Assembly: GCA_951406725.2 (NCBI GenBank)
Contig: OX597821.1
Span: forward strand, 106,454,001 to 106,518,000
Reading direction: 5' to 3'
Length of the DNA stretch: 64,000 nt
Source: Octopus vulgaris
Lineage: Eukaryota
A model generated the notes under the pieces. The model was not told the origin of the DNA, ran no database searches, and was given only the letters and a program-made list of their open reading frames with translations. The translations under genes were made by a program, and so were the position numbers. Shown here in pieces: positions 54,193-64,000 of this stretch (the stretch's first letter is position 1; every line of letters starts with the position of its first letter).

Positions 54193-55830
54193 GAGTGGCG
54201 GCCAAAATGTTCAGAACGGCATTGTTTTTGTCAGATAAGTAGATATATTTTTTTTATCAAAGTTGTTTTATATTCTATAATTTTCACAGACAATAAATAC
54301 GATATTATTTGTTATTGTCTGAGATTTTGGTGTAGTTTGAGAGGATAATAAAAATTTACGGATGATTTAGTGATTTACTGCAAAACCCATGGCGGCCAAA
54401 ATGGTCAAAACGGTTGCTTTTACTCCGTGTTTTAGTATATTTAACCGGCGAACTCTAATGTGTTGAATTTGTTTACGTGACGGTTCGTTTACTAAACATT
54501 AGTAAGAATATTTGCAGTGTACTTTGTTAATATAATGCCACTTACTCCGTTACCAATTCGTCAGCAGATTATTAAGCTTCGAAGGAAGGATAATTTAAGT
54601 ATTGGATATATTGCAAAGATTGTTAACAAGTCAAAAAGTGTTGTACACGGTATTCTTAAGGTCTACGATGATTGTGGTTCGTGTGAAGCAAGAAAGTTTA
54701 CAGGTAGGCCAAGAAAAACGACCAAGAGAGAAGATCGTGCTATGGTAAAGTTGGTTAAAAAGGACAGATTTAAAACTGCTGCTGCTGTTTCTCGGAAAAT
54801 GAGCATTGTATTGAAGAAAACTTTATCTCGAAAAACTGTGTCTCGTCGTTTAGTTGAACATGACCTACAAGCAAGAGCACCTGCAGTGAAGCCACTGATC
54901 AGCTCCAAGAATAAAAAGTGTCGTCATACCTTTGCAACCGAACATGTGTTGTGGTCTCAAGAAAAATGGCGAACGGTGCATTTCAGTGATGAATCTAACT
55001 TTATGTTATTTGGCTGAGATGGGAAAAGGTACGTTCGTCGAAAAGTAGGTGAAAAATTGTCGCCTGAATGCCTTAAGACTAGTGTTAAATTCGGTGGAGG
55101 AAGTGTCATGGTTTGGGGGATGATATCTGGAGATGGTGTGGGCCCTTTGGCGCGATTACATGGAAAGGTAAATGCAGGAGTTTATAAACAACTTGTAAAA
55201 GATCATGTCTTGCCTGTGCTGAGAAATTCAACTAAGCGACCACCCATATTCATGCAGGACAATGCCCCATGTCACAAGGCTAAGGAGGTCATGAACTACC
55301 TCAAGGCTGAAAAAGTTTTTGTTATGGATTGGCCTGCTCAAAGCCCAAATCTCAATCCTATTGAAAATGTATGGAATATTCTAGGAGAATGTTCGAAAGC
55401 CAGAAATCCTAAAACAACTGAGCAATTATGGAAGCATTCAGGAGCATTCAGGAAGAATGGAATAAGATCACCCAGCAAGTAATTGAAAATTTAATTTCCT
55501 CATGCAGTCGAAGATGTCAGAGTGTGATTGAAGCTAAAGGGCTTCACACTAAATATTAGATAATTCCAGTATTCTCTATCATTTTTGATTATTTTGTTAT
55601 TTTTTCAACCGTTCTGATCATCTTGGCCGTCATGGGTTTTGCAGTAAATCACTAAATCATTCATAACTTTTGTATTATCCTCTCAAATTTATACCAAAAT
55701 CTTGGACAATAACAATTAATATTGTATTTATTTTCTGTGAAAATTATAGAATATAAAACTACTTTGATAAAACCTTATACTTACTTTTCTGACGAAAACA
55801 ATGCCGTTCTGAACATTTTGGCCGCAACTG
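54193..55830 (+). mobile_element. Full-length Tc1 (DD34E) transposon with long IR/DR ends; transposase ~54535-55559 broken by TGA 55015 and a frameshift near 55440
   Basis: ~225-bp TIRs with gcggccaaaatg.tca.aacgg repeated internally; TA flanks; GRPRK, FSDES, QDNAPCH and SPNLNPIEN. Confidence 0.92.
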
Positions 55831-55840
55831 TATATACATA

Positions 55841-55882
<42 letters not shown>

Positions 55883-55920
55883 TAGAGAGAGAGAGAGAAA
55901 GATAGATAGATGGATAGATG

Positions 55921-55960
<40 letters not shown>

Positions 55961-56599
55961 CATTCATACATACATACATACAAACATACATACACACATA
56001 TATATATATATTTGTTCGTGTGTGCGTGTGTTTGTATATATATATATATACAGAGAGAGAGAGAGAGAGAGAGAGAGCAAGAGAGAGAGAGAGAGAGGGA
56101 GAGAGAGAGATACATATATATATATATAAACATATACATACATTGTTTATTGAACTGTGTTGTGTAAATCATGTTGAATATGAATTTAATAATAACAGTC
56201 TTTCATTTGTACACCTTTCGCATTAATACAAATTGAAGGTTTGAAAGATTCATAAAGCCTGATCGCAACTCATGTCTCAACAAGTCATTTCCTATAGAAA
56301 CCACTTAACTTCGAATAAACAGACAGACACACACAATAACTTTATATTTTCTATGCGTAGAATAAATTAATAAATCGGATTATACAAACACGTACATATA
56401 CAGGCATACACACATACACGTACAAACATACACGCGTATTTATTTAAGGAGATATATACAAATACTTATGTGACTTCCTTTAGCTAAGATTACCGGCCAA
56501 CAAACTCACATTAATTCCAAATTAATGCTTCATATCACTAATTCATATCAATGCATTATTGATATTTTACTTATCTCCTCTAAAAAATTATGTATGTAT

Positions 56600-56940
<341 letters not shown>

Positions 56941-57544
56941 TCTGCTTGTTTATGTATATATGCATGCGTGTATGAATATATGAATGTATGTACGTAGTCT
57001 TACGATATGCATTTAAATGTATCGCATATGTAAAAGATATTGGCTTAATATAATACATACAGTTACAATCAGTCGTTAAGTAAGCACAGAAATGATTCGT
57101 TATCCCATATAATATATGGCTTTTAGTTGAAAAGCGAGCGAACACATATTGAGAGAAAATCAAAGTATTATTGGGACCTTACAAAAGAATACAATGCATA
57201 GACGCCATTATATTAGTTGATTTGAACTCAAAATTTAATAATTTCTCGTGTTGTTTGTGACAGTTTTTTTTTTATGTGGAGTTCTTAGACGACCTTCGAT
57301 ATTAATCACAGTTAACCATCATAAAATTTTTAAAGTTAATATCATGTAAGTACTTACGTAACATAATTAAAAGTCTGTATTTGATTTCCTTGCTTTCTGT
57401 TATATTAAGTTATACCGTCCAAGCTTTGATACGAGTAGATTGACAAGTAAACTCACAGAGAAATCTAAAACTCTGCAGCCTATATCAACTGCTTAACAGT
57501 CTCCTACGTAAACAAACTCTGAAGGAGACAAAATCTGAAGAATC

Positions 57545-58498
57545 ATGAAAGTGAAAGAAACTCAGTTCTTTAAACTACTGGAATTCTATCAGAAATGTGA
57601 TAATTTTATCCAATCGTGCATGACTATTTCATCATTGAAGTCACCAATATTTACAACAATTTGTTCTCAAGCACTTTATATTCTGTTCTGTTTGTATTTG
57701 ATTATAAACCCTATTCGTCACATTGTTACTTTAATACTATATAGGGAAATTAAAATCCATCTCTTACTTTTGTATGGTTTCACGGTGTTTTTCAGAGGCA
57801 GTCTTTCTGTGTTTGCATTGTTAAAACTCTTCAGAAAATCACAAACTAAACAACTGGCTGAAGCTGTCGCCGAAATTAAACTTGAAGATGATGATGAAAA
57901 ATATTCCATCATGAATATCATGTATTCATTTAAGACATTTTATGCAATTATTTGCTTCACCATCCTTTCTAACATATTTGTAGATTTTAGCGTACCGTAT
58001 TTGAATAACGATTTGATGAGGTTCCTAACGTTTCCAATATCAACCAGTGATATATCTAAAATATCAGTTTTAGGAATACAAACTGCACTTAATTCCATTT
58101 CACTTATACTTTTGGTAATTGATTTGCACTTAGGTCTGATAATCGGATTTACACTCAGCTATGAGTTCAACAAGTTGGCAACTGAAGCCGAACGTTATGT
58201 AACGGAGAAGCAACCTGACCATTCAAATTTCATTAAGAAGCAGAAAGATATCACAGAAATATGTAGCGCTCATGAAACTCTGATAAGGACACTGAAATTT
58301 CTAAATGAATCTTTACGACTAACATCAGGATTTATTGTTGTTGCTAGCAATTTTAGTTGTTGTATTGCAACTTACGGGGTTATAAACCGTTTACTGAAAA
58401 GTAACCTCTACTCATACCTATATATGTCAATGTTGGCAACTGGCTGTTTCTTTTATTTAATATTATTAATTTTGTGTGGAATTCATTTAAATAAATCG
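57545..58498 (+). CDS. Gustatory-receptor-like large first exon V5 (318 codons)
   Basis: Intact paralogous ORF ending GIHLNKS|GTGAGT (58499), phase 0. Confidence 0.8.
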
Positions 58499-58559
58499 GT
58501 GAGTGTTTTTACAATATCTTCATAATACCCAATCTTAATTGCATCTTTTGTCTTTTACC

Positions 58560-60060
58560 AAATCGTAAAATATTCCAATGCTGTTGCACCGACATATATG
58601 TTGCCACACGTTTACTGATCCATCTTCTTTAGTATACATTTGGTGAATGATGGAATTCTAAGCTGCTGCCCTCAGTTGCGTTCCTTGCCGCAAAGTAGGC
58701 ACTTCAAAAATTTTAGATAGCAGACAGTCCGCTTTCTTTATGATGACATCTTCATCCACAACATTTCAGAAAGAAAAATGGAAAGCTATTGTCCTTTGAA
58801 CGCAAAGCTATTTCAACATCTGGTTTTACAGCTGATCTTTCATGCAATACACTGGACCTTAAAGTGCTACAACAATGCTCTTTGTTTCGTTTTTCAATGG
58901 CCCTGTTTTTTAAGGGTCCCAAGATTTTGCACCTTGGCGTTCCAAACCTGACCATGCAAAGGTTTTTCTTAAGTGTGCTTAACATGCTCTCTTTCAATTT
59001 CGTTTTCATCCCTTTTCTCAAGTCTTGATCAACCTGTACTTTATTCACTACCTTTAATCACTTCCTTATGCTGGCATGAAAATGATACACTTAACTGTCT
59101 CATCCCTTCTGCGCACATTATTCCACAACAATTAAACATCATTTACTCTGGTTTCTTTTTAAGTAACTCCGGTTAATTTCAGATTTTTGATTGTGGACAC
59201 TGTATATTGTCGACTACTTTCTATTTTTCTGCCCAGTTTCTGCATCTTACCTTTTGTCCAATCCACAATTCCAACTCTAAACCTGACAATTGGCACTGCT
59301 CTTGAATAAGTATTTTCGATAACGTTTCTTTAATTCATTATTAAAATATCGTATTTTCTAAGCATAAATTCCATTTCTACATCATTCGGGAACAAAAGGG
59401 CAGTATGTACAAGTCTTTCCAGTTACTTTTCATTTTTCGCACAAAGTTTTATATCATCAATTATTTGGAGATGATTTATCGGACCATACCCTTTCCCCAA
59501 ATCATAAAATATTTTCAGTTTCAGTAATATGAAACTGAGCAATACCATGGCCACTACAAATAGTAATGAAGATAAAATTTCACCATGGCATATAAACGTC
59601 TGATTTTCACCTTCGGAATTTTCCTTTTGTTCCTATCAAAACACTATGGTGTTTCATACTTTCATTCATCATTTTCTCCAGATTTTCTGCCATTCCGAAC
59701 ATGCCCATTGTTTGACTCATTCAACTCTGCGGTATCATGTAATATGCTTTCTTATAATCGGATCATACTACATTCAATCTTATCAACCAGCGTCTGCAAT
59801 ACCGAAATGTATTTTATCAAATAACAGCTGGTATTTTGTTGCCCTACTCTGCCTTCCAGTTTCTTCCTCCACTTTGGTCCATTCTTTTCTTTCCTATTCT
59901 TCAGCTGTCATCCGCTTCTATCCTTTTATGACAGCCGCAAAATTAGCACTGGCTATGATTAAGTAGGTTGTTTCATTGATGTTCTCTCTTTCAACCAGGC
60001 TAAGAATACCGTTTTGTTTGCCTCAGGCTCTCCTTACTTTTTCACTCCCCATATATCTTA
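58560..60060 (-). mobile_element. Highly decayed R4-like retrotransposon (RT region)
   Basis: Scattered minus-strand remnants (INHL...DDIKL, I.RRLY.M.HG); many stops, so boundaries are uncertain. Confidence 0.45.
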
Positions 60061-60574
60061 CATTTGGCGCTTTCATTCTCTGCCCCCAAATTTGCAGTCG
60101 CATCATTTCTAGAGTCTCCAACCCGCCCTTAAGACTTGTTCAAAAGCCAAGACTCGCTCCACATTTGATATCACTTGTTCTACTGCATCTCTTTCCCTAT
60201 GCACTTAATTTTCTTCATTTACCATTCGTTCGTTTCTTACTCCTTCTTCACCACTTTTTACTACTGTTGGATCACACACTTCGTGTTCATTTTCAATTCT
60301 TCTCTGATATTCTTCTAGTACATTCTCTTCATTCACATCCAACATCCAAGCACAATCTTTTTTCCCTATTCTCCCATTTTATTTTTATCCGTCTACACTT
60401 TAGACTCTGATCGTTATCATGATCAATGTGTTCGTGACACCTTGCTTGAACTTGATCAGATATTCCATGCCTACTGTGCGCGACTCATCATTGTTGACTA
60501 TTCCAACCCTTCTAACAGTTATTATGATTATCTAAATATTATATTTTCAATCTCTTTGAGTTAACACTTACGGC

Positions 60575-61646
<1,072 letters not shown>

Positions 61647-61658
61647 AATAATAATAAT

Positions 61659-61722
<64 letters not shown>

Positions 61723-62065
61723 GTAATAATAATGATAATGATGATGATGATGATGATGATAAAGGAGTCAAAAATGCTTCTAATCGATGTATCTGGAAAT
61801 AGAGTTAACTTCAATGTGGAGTCTAAAAATCGAAACAATTCCTATCATAGTAAGTGCAATAGATATAAAAAATATTCAGATAAATCCATAAGTAAAACAC
61901 CAGGACTAACAAGTATATATAACATACAGAAAATAGCACTGCTAGGCACCGCACATACCCTACGTAAAGCATTCGATACAGAAAAAATAAGTGCATCACA
62001 ACAAGTCACAGCACATATGCAAGGTATCATTATTATTATTAATATTATTATTGTTGTTGTTGTTG

Positions 62066-62135
<70 letters not shown>

Positions 62136-62289
62136 ATTCTATTTCACATCCAGGTACACAGCATTACACAAAGTATCCAATTTATGCAATTCCAGGACGT
62201 AAAGCAGGAAGTTGTTGCTAAGGTAAGCAATATATATTGCTCACCGTCTCTGTATCTATTTATACCCTTCTTTCTCCCTCCCCTCTCTT

Positions 62290-62368
<79 letters not shown>

Positions 62369-62619
62369 ATTTATGTGTATATACACATATTTATATAGCT
62401 ACATATGCATCCAAGCCGACACACACACACATATATATATATAATGTACATATGTACATATTATTCTTTATCAAGATGCTATTGCCTCTAGCTTTGAAGT
62501 TTCGACCAGCTCAGAAATCATTGGGCTCTGGTAGATTCGTGTTCATCTTGGTTTTATATTGTCCATGTGTAAGTTAAAAGTTTCGAGAGCAAGCTGAGAT
62601 CTGAATAATGAAAATTAAG

Positions 62620-63350
62620 TTGTATCGTATCATTATTAAAACCCTATGAAAAAAACATATCTATTAGACTTTCGGCTTTATCTTTCATTGAAATAGTGCT
62701 CTGCGAAATTACAACACCTTATGCATAGCCTTTAATAATAGTGGTTACAAGGAAAGAATAAAATATATAAACAGCACCACACCCACAGAACCGTAAGAAG
62801 AATAAAATGATAATTATCTATCTTGTTCAGCATACCTCCATTCCACAGGCAAGTCTTCACACAAACAGCCTTATCATTTTTCAGAATACTCCCAAACAAC
62901 TTTTCCACCTAACTACAACTATCGTAAACGAATAGAGAAATACAATATAAATTGTCTGCAGCAAACAACTTCGAGAAAACTAGCCAGTTACCACTAGCAA
63001 GAACTCTCTTGAGGCGCGAACGAAAACCAAAGCCATAATAAGGATTACGACTGTAGAAACTCTGCACTTAAGGAGGAAACTGTCTCTGTATTAATACTAC
63101 TTGTGACGCAGCCGTAAGGCCTAGCATTTCACCAACTACTACATCCGCACATGTAAGATCTACAGCAAGTAAATTCAAAGCTCGATTAAACCCAACAACA
63201 TACTCTTTTTCACATCCCAAACAGAAAAAAATGGTATGTCACTATACAAACATATATGGACATTAAATTCGTGAAATAATCCCCTTGCTATTGAATAGAA
63301 AATATTGTCACACGCATGACTACGCGAAGATAACAAAAACCTTACCAATG
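62620..63350 (+). mobile_element. Very degenerate Penelope-like fragment
   Basis: Remnant ...PPF...FF.IL..NF..NYN and GIY-YIG-like pieces, judged by eye only. Confidence 0.35.
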
Positions 63351-64000
63351 AATCGCACTACGTTAAATTAAATTAAATTACATTCGAGCACCAAATTCTG
63401 AACTGAAGCGTCTCTTCTTGCATACATATGTTATTCAAAACACTAAAACATTTCTAATAGATATTTTTAACACACTTGCAGCATGTAAAAATTAGAAATT
63501 TAATTTTTTTTAAAGTGAAATTAACACTAAATGATAGCATTAACTTGACTATTGGTTTGCATGGAAATATCTTCCCTGAGTATATTCTGAGCAGCTTGAA
63601 GTGTTTCGGACTTACGGTTCGAACATGGTCAGCTCTCTTTAATATAAACCAGTGGCATTAGCATTTCAGTCCCTTTTTTCCACATCCAGGATAGCTGTGT
63701 ACTACAGAGGCATGTAGATGCATAATATTTACTACGTTAATAAATGAGATTGCTTCAAGGAAGTTATTTATGAAACAGATGTGAGCTATTGATAAATTAG
63801 TGCTCACTGATTGAAAGCTGGCGCTTTGTCACTACCCACAGGTATGTGGGTTAGAGTTTCAATGAGCAGAAATTTGCTTATTATGCGCGCATCTATGCAA
63901 CTGAACATCGCTTAAAATTTGTCCGTAAAAATGAAAATTTTATTTTGAAATTTATGCTTGTACGCATTTTTAAGCTTTCCCATTTGTAAAAGTCCCTGCG

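Noticed and set aside
63780-63847. cag|GTATGT donor-like site as a possible first constant exon
   Set aside because: The phase-0 frame has a stop just upstream, there is no good acceptor and there is no GR similarity.

Overview
AT-rich, microsatellite- and transposon-dense animal DNA. The tRNA-derived SINEs, (TA)n/(TATC)n/(TAA)n tracts and TE mix resemble an octopus/cephalopod genome; this is inference, not verified. The host-gene content is a cluster of gustatory-receptor-like (GRL / 7TM ion-channel-type) sequences on the + strand. (i) Two small phase-0 exons at 2763-2852 and 4869-4925 encode the GR-family C-terminus (ILVFLNRL...GIDVGGCFVIT / MIGSFITYILVVIQ, TYhhhhhQ motif) and end an upstream locus. 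(ii) Four intact paralogous ~320-codon first exons (20090, 23906, 39638, 57545) each end at the same codon with a phase-0 CG|GTRAGT donor, and a fifth, TE-disrupted copy lies at 45215. I found no C-terminal exons between them. This suggests a variable-first-exon / shared-constant-exon receptor array whose constant exons would lie beyond the right edge. The rest is mobile DNA: mariner, DD37D and Tc1 transposons, a near full-length Tx1/L1-type LINE in (TATC)n, R4/Dong-like elements in (TAA)n, CR1/L2-type LINEs, Helitron remnants, Penelope remnants with hammerhead-ribozyme motifs, and many SINEs. Most other ORFs in the track are microsatellite artefacts.
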